Source: the human T2T-CHM13v2.0 reference genome, Homo sapiens
Strand: one strand, 5' to 3'
NCBI RefSeq assembly: GCF_009914755.1
Contig: NC_060931.1
DNA length: 64,000 nt
Shown here: in pieces, positions 1 through 14,904 of the stretch
Layout of the letters: each line of letters begins with the position of its first letter
Numbering within the stretch: the stretch's first letter is position 1
Position numbers and translations under genes: made by a program
The notes under the pieces: model-generated
Databases searched by the model: none
The model's input: only the letters and a program-made list of their open reading frames with translations
Told to the model about the DNA's origin: nothing

Positions 1-2204
1 GGGGAGGCCTCACAATCATGGTGGAAGATGAAAGGCACATCTTACATGGCAGCAGACGAGAAAAAATGAGGGAACCAAGTGAAAGGGGTTTCCCTTTATA
101 AAACTATCAGATCTTGTGAGACTTATTCACTACCACGAGAACAATATGGGGGAAACCACCCCTGTGATTCTGTTATCTCCCACTGGGTCCCTCCCACAAC
201 ACATGGGAATAATTATGGGAGCTACAATTCAAGCTGAGATTTTGGTGGAGACACAGCTGAACCATATAATTCCACCCCTGGCTCCTCCCAAGTCTCATGT
301 CTTCACATTTTAAAACCACTCGTACCTTCCCAACAGTCCCCAAAGTCTTAATTCAGCATTAACTCAAAAGTCCACAGTCCAAAGTCTCATTTGAGACAAG
401 CAAGTCCCTTCTGCCTATGAGCCTATAAAATCAAAGGCAAGTTAGCTGCTTTCTAGATACAATGGGGGTACAGGCATTGGGTAAATATATCCATTCCAAA
501 TGGGAGAAATTGGCCAAAACAAAGGAGTTACAGGCCCCACGTAAGTCCAAAATCCAGCGGGGCAGTCAAATCTTAAAGCTTCAAAGTGATCTTTGACTCC
601 GTGTCTCACATCCAGCTCACACTGATGCAAGAGGTGGGTTCCCATGGTCTTGGGCAGCTCTGCCTCTGTGGCTTAGCAAGGTACAGTCTCCCTCCTGAGC
701 TTTCACAGGCTGGTGTTGAGTGTCTGCAGCTTTACCAGGTGCACAGAGCAAGTTGTTGGTGGATCTACCATCCTGGGGTCTGGAGGATGGTGACTTTCTC
801 ACAGCTCCACTAGGTAGCACCTCAGTGGTGACTCTGTGTGTGTGGGGGTGCCCACCCCACAATTCCCTTCTGCACTGCCCTAGCAGGGGTTCCCCATGAG
901 GGCCCTGACCCTGCAGCAAACTTCTGCCTGAACATCCAGGCATTTCCATACATCCTCTAACATCTAGGTGGAGGTTCCCAAACCTCAATTATTGACTTCT
1001 CTGCACCTGCAGGCTCAACACCACATGGAAGCTGCTAGGGCTTGGGGTTTGCATCCTCTGAAGCCATGACATGAGCTGTACCTTGGCCCCTTTTAGTCAT
1101 GGCTGGAGTGGCTGGGACACAGGGCACCAAGTCCCTAGACTGCACACAGCACAGGGACCCTGGGCCTCGCCCATGAAACCATTTTTTCCTCCCAGGCCTC
1201 TGGGCCTGTGATGGGAGGGGATGCCATGAAGGCCTCTGACATGTCCCGGAGACATTTTCCCCATTGTCTTGGCAATTAACATTCAGCTCCTTGTTACTTA
1301 TGCAAATTTCTGCAGCTGGCTTGAATTTCTCCTCAGAAAATGGGACTTTCCTTTCTATTGCATTGTCAGGCTGCACATTTTCTGAACTCTTCTGCTCTGC
1401 TTCCCTTATAAAACTGAATGCCTTTAACAGCGCCTAAGTTACCTCTTGAATGCTTTGCCACTTAGAAATTTCTTCCACCAGATATCCTAAATAATCTCTC
1501 TCAAATTCAAAGTTCCACAAATTTCTAGGGCAGGGGCAAAATGCTGGCAGTCTCTTTGCTGAAACATTACAAGAGTGGCCTTCGCTCCAGTTGCCAACAA
1601 ATTCCTCATTTCCGTCTGAGACTACCTCAGTCTGGATTTTATTGTCCATATCATTATCAGCATGTTGGTCAAAGCCATTCAACAAGTCTCTAGGAAGTTC
1701 CAAACTGTCTCACATTTTCCTGTCTTCTTCTGAGCTCTCCAAACTGTTCCAACCTCTGCCTGTTACCCAGTTCCAAAGTCGCTTCCACATTTTTGGGTAT
1801 CTTTACAGCAGCACCCCACTGTACTGGTACCAATTTATTGTATGAGTCTGTTTTCATGCTGCTGATAAAGCCATACCCGAGACTGGGTAACTTATAAAGA
1901 AAAAAAGGTTTAATGGACTCACAATTCCACGTGTCTGAGGAGGCCTCACAATCACGGTGGAAGGTGAAAGGCAGGTCTTACATGGCAGCAGACAAGAGAG
2001 AAAATGAGGGAACCAAGTGAAAGGGGTTTCCCCTTATAAACCCATCAGATCTCATGAGACTTATTCACTACCACAAGAACAGTATGGGGGGAACTGCCCC
2101 CATGATTCTGTTATCTCCCACTGGGTCCCTCCCACAACACATGGGAATTATGGGAGCTACAATTCAAGATGAGGTTGGGGTGGGGATACAGCCAAATCAT
2201 ATCG
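1..2204 (-). mobile_element. Full-length THE1 (ERVL-MaLR) element: 5' LTR 2204-1839, internal region 1838-270, 3' LTR 269 to beyond window start
   Basis: Two similar LTR copies with THE1 hallmarks (gagacttattcactaccac, gggagctacaattcaag), ~1.57 kb THE1-int, and a polypurine tract (minus strand tgggaggagccaggggtggaa) abutting the 3' LTR. Confidence 0.92.
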
Positions 2205-3799
2205 ATGAGTCTGTGGGATGGGCATGCTTGGAGGTCAACGTGGGCCCTTCAGGATGAAGGTCCTTTTTGTGTTTTGCTTGTTCACAGATATACCCTAAGT
2301 GCCTGATGCAGAGCCTGGCACATAAGAGCTGCTCAGTAAATTTTTACTTCGGATAACATGGGGAGAAAGACTCTGGGTGGTGAATCTTTCCAGAACCCAA
2401 AGTGTGAAGCGGCAAAAAACAAAGGAGTGGACATGGTGTGGGTCCAAGCACCTTTTGTCTCCCTCTTTTCCTCTGTCTCGTCCACCTTGGCTGCATGGCC
2501 TCATTCCTGAACCTTGTCTGCAGCTCTCCCAGAATAGGTTGAGAGAGGACGGATGAGGCACAGGGAGTGAGCTCGTAGCTGACACTTGGGAATGGGTTTT
2601 AGTCTCCAGGGAAAGCTGGGCTCCTCACTCAGTGCTTGTGCTGCTCCCAGGCCATATGAATGGTCCATGCCCTCTTCAGAGCAGATTGTGATTCCAGCCC
2701 TTAGCTTGGGGGCCAGCCAGCTGCAGGGTCAGATCTTCCCAGGAAGAAGGTGCTAACTCCACTGGGTGGCACTGAAACGCACATGACACCTTTGGCAACG
2801 GTGGACATCTTTGTTCCTCCCACTGGGATAGCCCGGGGCTCATTCATCAAGGGTGGCCAACAGCAGTTCCCTGTCCACATCAGCTTCAGACTGCAACTGG
2901 TGATCTTTGCTGACATTTTCCTCTGCAAGTTAGCTCTTGAGGGCAATTTTAACTTGATGTAATAGAAAGGATGATATTGGCAAAAAAAAAGGTGTGATTT
3001 GCCTTGGGCCTCAAAAACTACTGTGGTCAGTACCAAGTAGAGGATGAGTTTGTTCAGGAGTCTGTGAGGGGTGGCGACCCCACTGGGAGCTGCTCCCAAG
3101 GTCTACAAGCCAGAACACATCTCTTGCAGACACAAAAATGTGTTGGTTCTCCTGTAAGCCAGTGTCACTCTCAGGACTTTCCTTTCCCATTTTTTTCATC
3201 AAGGCAGGTCACAGATTGCACTGTGTCCTCTGAAAGGAAGGCTGTGTTTTAATTACTCAGGGATTATGTCCACATGAATGCCCAAACACCAAAACTTTAA
3301 TGTGCTCCTCTAATTGAAAATTAATGTTACCAGTTTAATTATGTGTTCATAATGAACATGCAATTAGAAAAGCTCTGCAGGCTTTGGGGAGCCTCTGCTA
3401 GAATTGCATGCTGTGTGCACTCACATTTTCTCCAAGAGATACAAAACAGGTAGTTCAGAGTTCAGGGTCATACTCAACATCTTATCTTCCTGTATGCTGG
3501 TCAACTGCTCCAGTGTTTTCAGAAATGACATATTGCTATTTATTTAACAAATATTTATTGAATTTAGTGGCATCATTTCAGAAGAAGAAATGTAATTATA
3601 CTTGAGTAATGGTCTTTCTAAGTGGATTAACTAGGCTTAAACTAAGTTGGCAACAGTTCAAAATTATTTGACTGCTAGTGATATTCTAATAGATTATGTG
3701 AATTGTAGTTGGGGAAAGAGATTGCCTTTAGTACACAAGGCAGATTAGAAGTGAACACCATCAATTTCCATAGAGGAGAGGAAAAGAGAAGTATTCTGT

Positions 3800-5945
3800 C
3801 CTTCCATGCATCCATGCATCTATCCATCCATCCATCCATCCATCTATCCATCAATTTATGCATGCATCCATCTATGCATCCTTCCATCCATCCATCCATC
3901 CATGTACCTATGCATCATCCATCTATCCATGCATGCATGCATGCATCCATCCATCCACATGTTCATCCATCCATCATTCCATTCATTCATCCATTATCCA
4001 TGCATCTGTCCATCCATGCATTCATTAATCCATGCATGCATCAATCCATACATGCATCTATGAATCCACTCATGCATCCACTCATGAGTCCATTCATTAT
4101 CCATGCATCTGTCCATCTATTCATCCATAAATTCATGTATTCATCCATCCATCTATCCATGCATGCATGCATGCATCCATCCATCCACATGTTCATCCAT
4201 CCATCATTACATTCATTCATCCATTATCCATGCATCTGTCCATCCATGCTTTCATTAATCCATGCATGCATCAATCCATACATGCATCTATGAATCCACT
4301 CATGCATCCACTCATGAGTCCATTCATTATCCATGCATCTGTCCATCTATTCATCCATAAATTCATGTATTCATCCATCCATCCATGCATCCATCCATTA
4401 TCCAGGCATTCATCCATGCACCCATCCATCCATCCATCCATGCACCCATCTATCCATCCATTCATCCATTCATCCATTATCCATGCATCCATCCATTATC
4501 AATGCATCCATTCATTCATGCACCTATCCATCTATGCATCCATCCATCCATCAATACATTCATCCATCCATGCATCTATGCATCCATACACTATCCATGC
4601 ATCCATCCACGTATCCATCCATCTATTCATCCATGCACCCATTCATCAATCCAACCATCCATAAATTCTTGCATCCATGCATGATTTCATCCATCCATGT
4701 ATGCATCATCCATCTATCTATGCATCCATTCATCCATCCATTCATGCCTTCATCCATCTATGCATCATCCATCCATCTGTGCATCCATTCATCCATCCAT
4801 TCATGCATTCATCCATTTATGCATCCACCCATCTGTGCATCCATCCGTGCATCCATCCATCTATGCATCATCCATCAATTCATGCATCCATCCATCTATG
4901 CATCATCCATCTATTCATGCATCCATCCATCCATCTGTGCATCCATCCAGCTATCCATCCATCCATCTGTCCATCCATCCATGCATCATCCATCAATTCA
5001 TGCATCCATCCATCCATCCATCCATCCATCCATCCATCCATCCATGCATCCATCCATCCATCCATCTATGCATCCATTCACCTATTCATGCATCCATCCA
5101 TCCGTCCATGCATCCATCCGTCCATGCATCCATCCATCCATCCATCTGTCCATCCAAGTATCCATCATCTATCCATCCATCCATCCATGCATTCATCCAC
5201 TCATCCATGTATCCATCCATGCATCCATCCATGCCTCCATCCATGCATGCATCCATCCATCCATGCATCCATTCATCCATCCATCTATGCATCCATTCAT
5301 CTATTCATGCATCCATCCATCTATCCATGCATCCATCCATCCGTCCATCCATCCACCCATCCATCCATCCATCCATCCAAGTATCCATCCATCCATCCAT
5401 CCATCCATCCATCCATGCACTCATCCACTCATCCATGGATTCATGTATCCATCCATGCATCCATGCATCCATCCATGCATCCATCCATCCATCCATCCAT
5501 CCATGCATCCATTCATCCATCCATCTATGCATCTGTTCATCTACTCATGTGCCCATCTATCTATCCATGCATCCATCCATCCGTGCATCCATCCATCCAT
5601 CCAAGTATCCATCCAGGTATCCATCCATCCATCCATGCAGTCATCCAGTCATCCATGCATTCATGTATCCATCCATGCATCCATCCATCCATTCATTCAT
5701 GCATGCATGCATCCATCCATCCAACTATCCATTCATCATGCATTCATTCATTCATCCATCCATGGAGCCACCCATCCATTCATCCATTCATGAATCCTTC
5801 CATTCATGTATCCCTCCATCCATTCATCATCCATGCATTTACCCATCTGTCATCCATGCATCCTTTCATCTATCAATCCTTTCATGCATCCATTCATTCA
5901 TCTGTGCATCATTCATGCGTGCATGCATCCATCCATCCCACATTT
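3800..5945. repeat. Degenerate (CATC)n/(CATG/CATT) tetranucleotide array, ~2.1 kb
   Basis: Directly visible; source of the His/Pro/Ser/Ile pseudo-ORFs. Confidence 0.97.
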
Positions 5946-6140
5946 ACTGAGGCAGCAGTAACCCAAGAGGATGGAATCCTGCTGTTATGGACCTTGCCTC
6001 TAGTGGTTAGAGTTATGTAAGAGTCAAGATAAATAAGTGAAATATAGAAAATGCCAGCTGGTGAAGGTAATGGATAATTTAATAGGGTGGCTGTGGTCAG
6101 AGAAGACCACCCAGGAAGACACCTGAGCCATGAACCTCAG
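5930..6140 (-). mobile_element. Degenerate L2 3' fragment
   Basis: catttactgag, cctgctgttatggaccttgcctctagtgg and ggtcagagaagacc resemble the reverse L2 3' end. Confidence 0.5.
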
Positions 6141-6625
6141 GCAGTGGGGATCTTCTTACAGGAATGACTCTCTCTGGAGAAACGGATTAGAATCAACAAA
6201 GGGAAAGCAGGCGCTGGGCACTCAGGAAAACTTCCTCACATCAGAATTTGGTATCAGGTTACACTGAGCAGGGAACAGTCACACTGTCTCCAAATCCAAG
6301 ACACTGTCAGGTGGGCTCTGCCACTTCCCACCACCTCCTATCCATGACTCTGAGCAGCCACTCACTCTCCCTGCATCTCCAAGTATGATGCAGGGATTAG
6401 GCCGATGGACTCTGTGGAGCACAGAGTGTCCCCAGCACAGGTCAGGACTTGGTGGTGATGATGAGACTTTGGGTCTGAAGGATCATGGAACTCATGAAAT
6501 GGGGAGTGGGGTCAGGACATTCCCACCGAGCAGTGTGAGCACAGAAACATTAATATGTAGAAATTGATTGAGGAGCAGAGTTGGCAGGTGGCTGGAACAG
6601 GGTTCACAAAGAACAGTGGGAAATA

Positions 6626-7036
6626 GGCTGGGCGCGGCGGCTCACGCCTGTAATCCCAGCACCTTGGAGGCGGGGTGCGGCGGCTCACGCCTGTAATCCC
6701 AGTACTTTGGAAGGCTGAGGCGGGCGGATCACCAGAGGTGAGGTGGGCACAGTGGCTCACGCCTGTAATCCCAGCACTTTGGGAGGCTGACGTGGACGGA
6801 TCACCAGAGGTCAGGAGTTTGAGACCAGCCTGGCCTACATGACGAAACCCCATCTCTAATAAAAATACAAAAATTAGCCAGGCGTGGTTGTGCATGCCTG
6901 TAGTTCCAGCTACTTGGGAGGCCGAGGCAGGAGAATCGCTTGAATGCTGGAGGCGGAGGTTGCAGTGAGCTGAGATAGCACCATTTCACTCCAGCATGGG
7001 CCACAGAGCAAGACTTCATAAAAAAAAAAAAAAAAA
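6626..7036 (+). mobile_element. AluS-type element with two extra tandem copies of its 5' end
   Basis: ggctcacgcctgtaatcccag occurs three times; full dimer from ~6742; A-tail to 7036. Confidence 0.93.
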
Positions 7037-7799
7037 GGAAAATAGAGTGGGAGGTAAGAGAGAGGTAAAGGTAGATGTCAAATCAATTATAGGGCCTTGG
7101 AGGGCTTCATAAAGGGTTTAGAGTTCTTTTTATCAGCAAAGAGGCAGGGTGGCTAGAAAGAGCTGTTGGTCTCGGCAAGTAGGGAGAACCATGTGGTAAG
7201 ATACACTGTTAGACTCTCTTTTGAAGTGATATGGCAACACCTACCAAGATAAAGAATACACCCATTATCAACATATCAGCTGCACTCCTGGGAATATGTG
7301 CCGTGGACACAGGAGGGCGAGTGTGCAAGCACAGGTGTCCGAGGTGTTTGTTTCAGCAGCATTTGTAGCAAATGTCCAGAAACAAAGCCAGTGCCTCACG
7401 ATCTAGAAGTGATTCAGTGAATGATGGTGCATTCACACTGGAGTTTCAAGCCACCATTAGGAAAATGAAGTAGGTCTATACCAGTTAATTTGCAGGGATT
7501 TCCATGAGGCGTTATTGAAGAAGAAAGATAAGATGCAAGGATGCATTTAAGTGCGATTCTATTTTTATAAAGCAAATGACAAAATATCTCCACATACATA
7601 TATTTAATTTTATATATGTCTGTGTATATGACATAGATACACGTTTGTATATAATTCTGTGAAGGTGGATACAATGTGGAAAGATACACGTGGTTGTGAA
7701 CAGGCTGCCGGGAGGCAGTGGTAGAAAAGAGTGAAGCAGAGTTGAGTAAAAAAGAAGAAAATGAGGAACAAAGTTTTCATTGTAAAAACCCAGAATGCA

Positions 7800-9183
<1,384 letters not shown>

Positions 9184-9577
9184 AGCCCAGCCTCATAACA
9201 TGATATGATTTACATAAAGTTGTATGTGTGTGTATGTGTATTGGGGATGTCTCTGGCTCTAGAAATTACGTAACTATTTAAATTCTCAGGAGAAATAGTT
9301 GCTTGCACAAGGTAAACATCTCAAGCATCACACCCACATCACCTGTGCAGATTCCAGTCCCTGCGGGGCCCCCAGCTGAGCCTGTCTTGCAGGCCCTACC
9401 CTGGCCCTTTGAGTCTCACATCCTGGAACAGAGTGGCCTGGAAAGAGGTGGATTGGGCTGCATTCTGCGGAGAAGCTGTTCTCTTAGCAGCAGCTGTGTT
9501 TCCCCTGCTGGGTCCAGGTAACTCCTGTGTCCGGAGCCTCCCAGGATGGTGCCCCTGCCATGTCGCTGGATGTGCTG

Positions 9578-10059
9578 GGGTAGCTCCTCCGTCGTCGGGG
9601 ACAGCGCTGAGAGCTGAGACTGGGGCGGCTCCTCCGTCGTGGGGGACAGCGCTGAGAGTGAGACTGGGGCGGCTCCTCCGTCGTGGGGGACAGCGCTGAG
9701 AGCTGAGACTGGGGTGGCTCCTCCGTCGGGGGGACAGCGCTGAGAGTGAGACTGGGGCAGCTCCTCCGTCGTCGGGGACAGCGCTGAGAGCTGAGACTGG
9801 GACGGCTCCTCCGTTGTCGGGGACAGCGCTGAGAGCTGAGACTGGGGTAGCTCCTCTGTCGGGGGGACAGCGCTGAGAGTGAGACTGGGGCAGCTCCTCC
9901 GTCGTCGGGGACAGCGCTGAGAGCTGAGACTGGGACGGCTCCTCCGTTGTCGGGGACAGCGCTGAGAGTGAGACTGGGGCAGCTCCTCTGTCGGGGGGAC
10001 AGCGCTTAGAGCTGTGCTGGGGCGGCTCCTCCGTCGCGGGGACAGTGCTGAGAGCTGAG
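9578..10059. repeat. Minisatellite, ~44-bp unit, 11 copies
   Basis: gacagcgctgagag recurs every 43-45 bp from 9600 to 10041. Confidence 0.95.
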
Positions 10060-10764
10060 AAGTGTGGCCGCGGTGCCATGGAGACAGACCGTCCCCTTCC
10101 TGCCTTCCTTTCCTGATGGTGAGTGCACTGGGTGGTCGTAAGGAAGTTGATGTATCTCAATTTCAAGGATATTCATGTTCCATTTTCTGGCCAATTTGGT
10201 GTATTAAGAATGTTTTTTTAAAAAAAGTCAAAGGAAGCCTTGGTTTACTGCTGTCCTCTTGCCAGAGATGCCACCCTCTCCTCCACAATCCTCACTGCTC
10301 ACCAAGGGGGAAGACCTCTTGTTTTCAGTAGGAGAAATGTCTTTATACTTTCACAAACAGGAAACATCCGCACGAAATCACGTTGACCTTCTTGGATCTG
10401 TTTCAGCTGTACATGCAGCTCAACTGAACACCTTAAGGCTTTGCTTTTTTTTTTTTACACAAATGATGTGTCTTCATCATTTATTTGCTGTAAGAAGACT
10501 ATGAACTAGAAGAATCAACTGATTTTCAAAGCTGTGCATTCATTTTATTTAGTGGCTATTTTATCGAGCACTTTCTTTCTATCTGCCAGCTTTGTGCTCA
10601 GTGACGAAGGTGGCTCTGTTGACACTTTATGGGGGGAGGACAAAGGGGGCTCTCGGGTTCCTCTTGCCCTCTCCCTGGGACTCCTGCCACATTTCCCTGA
10701 GTCCTGGCTGCTCCCAACCCTTCCACCTACCCAGACGTTCATCCCGTCTGCTTTGCGCACCTGC

Positions 10765-11047
10765 TGGGTGCACATCAGGAGGTGAGTGGCGCGTGAGCGA
10801 GCATTACCACCTGAGCTCCGCCTCCTGTCAGATTAGCGGCGGCGGTGGCCTTAGGTTCTCATAGGAGCTCAAGCCCTATTGTGAACATATGAGGGACCTA
10901 GGTTGTGCCCTCCTTATGAGAATCTAATGCCTGATGATCTGAGGTGGAACAGTTTCATCTCAAACCACCCTGCTCCTGCCTGCAGTCTGTGGAAAAATTT
11001 TCTTCCACAAAACTGGTCCCTGATGTCAAAAAGTTTGGGGACCGCTG
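10765..11047 (+). mobile_element. MER1B hAT-Charlie DNA transposon, 5'-truncated
   Basis: Matches recalled MER1 motifs (gagctccgcctcctgtcagat; ctccttatgagaatctaatgcctgatgatctgaggtggaacag) and the terminal ttggggaccgctg. Confidence 0.85.
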
Positions 11048-11061
11048 CTACATATAGTAAA

Positions 11062-12210
11062 AGACTGGCTAGCCATATGCAGAAGATTGAAACTGGACCC
11101 CTTCCTTACACCATATACAAAATGTGGATTAAAGACTTAAATGTAAAACCTAAAACAATAAAAACCCTAGAAAAAACCTGGGAAATGCCATTGTGAACAT
11201 AGGCCCTGGCAAAGATTTCATGACAAAGATGCCAAAAGCAGGTGCAGCTATCCATGGAGTAATAGGCAACCTACAGAATGGGAGAAATATTTGCAAGCTG
11301 TGCATCCAACAAAGGTCTAATATTCAGCATCTGTAGGAAACTTAAACAAATTAACATCAAAAAACCCAAACGACTCCATTAAAAAGAGGGCAAAGGACAT
11401 GAACAGACACTTCTCAAAAAGAGACATACATGCAGCCAACAAGCACATGAAAAAATGCTCAACCTCAATAATCATTAGAGAAATGCAAATCAAAACCACA
11501 GTGAAATACCATCTCATGCCAGTCGAAATGGCTATTATTAAAAAGTCAAAAAATAACAGATGCTGGAGAGGTTGTAGAGAAGAGTGAATGCTTATACACT
11601 GCTGGTGTGAGTGTAAATTAGTTCAGCCGTTGTGAAATGCAGTTTGGTGGTTTCTCAAAGAACTCAAAACAGAACTACCATTCCACCCTGCAATCCCTGG
11701 GTATATTATACTCAAAGGAATATAAATCATTCTACCATAAAGATACATGCATGTGTATGTTCACTGCAGCTCTATTCACAATACCAAAGACATGGAATCA
11801 ACCCAAACGCCTATCAGTGGCAGACCAGATAAATAAAACGTAGTTCATATACACCATGGAATACTATGCAGCCATAAAAAAGAACAAGATCACGTCCTTT
11901 GCAGCAACATGGATGGAGCTAGAGCCCATTATCCTCAGCAAACTAATTCAGGAACAGAAAACCAAATACCGCGTGTTCTCACTTACAGTGGGAGCTAAAC
12001 ATTGAGAACACATGGACACAAAGAAGGACTAACAGACACAGGCATGACTTCAGGTGGAGGCGGGAGGAGAGCAAGGACCGAGAAACCACTTACCTGGTGC
12101 TATGCCTATCACCTGGGTGACAAAACAGTCTGTACAGCAAACCCTGTGACACGCAATTTACGTAACAAACCTGCACATGCACCACTGAACCTAAAAGTTA
12201 AAAATAAACA
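11062..12210 (+). mobile_element. Primate L1 (L1PA/PB-type) 3' end with internal deletions
   Basis: ORF2 C-terminal remnants ([23 protein letters not shown]..., KDTCMCMFTAALFTI) plus 3'UTR and A-rich end. Confidence 0.9.
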
Positions 12211-13699
12211 TGCAAAATACGGAAAGTCAAAAAGCATGTTAGGATTAAAAGAAATCATTTTATTTATTATTGATGGGGGCATTACTTGTTATGCCAATTA
12301 CAGTTTGTTATGATGTCACATTTCCCTGGAGGTTTTTGGGAGATGGAAAAACACGAACAACAGCAGGGCTGGAGCTGGAGCTGCAACGTGATGGTTCCTT
12401 CCTCCTGCCCTCGGGGGCCAGTGCCAACACCGCAGCAGGTGCGGGAAGAGGCCTTGGCGGGACACGTGCTCTGGAGTAAGGCTTGGTTAAAGCTCTGGCA
12501 TCGGTTTTCCACACCACGCCAAAGTAGACAAAGGTAAGCTGCCGGTGGCGCCACATTTCAGGGCTTGCTGGGGAGAGTGAACAGAAAGGACCAGGTGGCC
12601 CAGGGTCACTTACTACAAAGCGAGGTGTTGAGGCATTTCTTCCTGCAAGAAGTCATAGCGGGAGGCCGTGGCGGACCCCACCACGCAGAAGGCTTCCCTG
12701 GTCCACGTTCTGATCCCACGTCCTCCTCGGCTATTCCCCTGCTGCTGACCACCTGTCCCAGCCTCACCTGAAAGCACATCCCGTCCTCCCATCCTCAGTC
12801 CCAGGAGCATCACTTGCCGAGGGACTGTCACGGCCGCGAGGCTTCAGCCCGAGTGCTGGAGTTGAGAACCTGGCCTTGGGCTGACTCTTGGCAAAAATGT
12901 GATTTCCTCTGTGTCAGACAGACCCTGGTGTGTCTCGTAGGGCCCTCGCTTCCCCCTTTCCTGACGGGCCCCCCGCGACCCTCGCCTCCCCATATTTCCC
13001 GACGTGTCCCCCTAAAATGTTTTTAGGTGAAGATACTGAAATGTAATAAAACTTATTTTGCTGCAGATGCCGAGGGTGTCTGCACTTTAAAGGATATTCC
13101 ATTTGAAAAACACATTTCTAGTGGTGAAGTTTCATCCCAATGACGAGACTCATCCTGGTCAGTCTTTTTTCTGGGGCTTGGATAAGGTGAGGCAGCCCGG
13201 AGCCATCGCGGGCCTGGCCTGGCTTCCTTGGGGCACCTTCTGTCCTCCAGCCCGGTGGGGTCCAGCAGGCCACTCACACCTGGCTTTGCTTCATGGGGAC
13301 TTTGCTGCCTCTGGCATTGTCCACTTGAGCCCTGTGGGCGGCTGAGACAGCCAGGGCTGCGGGGGTGGCTCTGGGGGACTCCTGGCCGGTCGCGTCCATT
13401 AGGATTTGACCCCAGAGGGACTGGGTGTGAGAAATATGGGGCCAGGCGGCTCCCCTGCTTCTCCGCTTCCAGGGCGGGTTCCATGATGGCCTGTGTCCCC
13501 AGCGGATAAGAAGTGCAGCCCCGTTTTCAGAGCAGGGTCGGGGGAGGACAGGGCCTCACACTGCTTGTCAGAGGGGTTGCACCGGTGGTCGTAGCTTGCA
13601 CAGGCCCCTGGGGTCTCCCTCCTTTGTTGGATGCAGGCTGCTCCCACCGCCTTGGCCCTCCCAAGTTCCAGGTCTAGAGTCTCCATCACCTGCTGGAGA

Positions 13700-14760
13700 A
13701 TTTCACTGAGGGCCGCCCAGGCTGCCCAAGCTCAGCGGGTCCAGGAAGAGCCTGGGTCCTCCCCGGTGTTGGGCTCTTGCTCCGAGGATGGTGGATGACG
13801 CTCCCAGCACCACCGTCCGAATCCAAGCGAAGGACCCATCCTCGGCCGCTTCCCGTCCCCCTCACCCGCCAGGACCTGCCGGCCCAGCCTCTTCACACCC
13901 CGCGGCCTCTCACCGCGTGGCTGAGCCTGGGCCGCCGTTCGGACCGCGCGGCAGCCTTCGATTCTGTGACTCTCCTCGCCTCGAACCCCCCACGGTTCTC
14001 AGCATAAAGCCCAGACTCCGTGGCTGGTGGAAGCAGCAGCTCCCTGGATCGGTCCTGGGCATATTTACAGCTTCGCTTTTTACCCTGGGATCCACTGTTC
14101 GACTCGCAACACCTTTCCGGAGCCCGGCGCTTCACTCGCAGCCTCGCAGCCTCGCAAACGCCCGTCCCCGCCCCCGGGCGCGTCCCAGCCTCCTCGGGTT
14201 CCCACGCGCTCCGGGGAGCCCCTGCCGCAGGCGCCTTCTGGAGCGGGTCCTGGGACCCGTTTCCTTCTTCCCCTGGGCAGCCCCCGCGGGTCTTTCACAC
14301 TCGCTTCCGTCCGCGATTCCTGGGGCTCCTGCCGCTTTGTGCCCCTTTGTCTCCCACAGCACACGCCTCCCAAGTGTTGACTTTTGGGTCACTGGGACAA
14401 AGCGTCCCCGCGAGGGGATTTGCTGGCCCTCTGAGATTTAACTGGAAACCCGTCTCAGTGGGAATCAGGGCAGAAATAGGCAAGGGACCTTACAGACAAA
14501 ACGCCCCTCGGCACGAATGTAACTGCACCGTGATGAAGGGTGAATATGCCACCATCTGCCAGGAAGGCTCATCGGGCAGAGGGCTAAGGGGCAGGCTTTG
14601 CAGCAGTTAAGCTTAGAGAAAGGAGGGACACGCGGCGCCTTACACAGTCCACAGAAGAGAGGCCGTCCCTCGGCGGTCCCCTCCGCTGGGGGTCCCACGC
14701 ACATGTCCTCGGCCCATGCCCCTCGGCCTTCCTGGGGTTAGCTCTGACCGGAAGACAGGG
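13700..14760. promoter_or_regulatory. CpG island-like region (orphan, no coding gene start visible)
   Basis: High GC content and dense CpG by eye. Confidence 0.7.
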
Positions 14761-14904
14761 CTCTGCTCACCCTCGCCGCCAGCTGCGCACCCACGGTCTA
14801 GCTTCTGCGTATCAGCCTCTGGTGACTTGGATTTGGGGACCTCCGGAGGAGTGCGAAGGCTGGTGGATGAAGCTTGGAATGTGGATTTCGGATGGAAATC
14901 CCAG

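Noticed and set aside
3709-6020. His/Pro/Ser/Ile-rich ORFs up to 486 aa
   Set aside because: Artefact of the (CATC)n array.
11317-11843. ORFs resembling L1 ORF2 C-terminus
   Set aside because: Fragmented, frameshifted remnants of a truncated L1, not functional genes.
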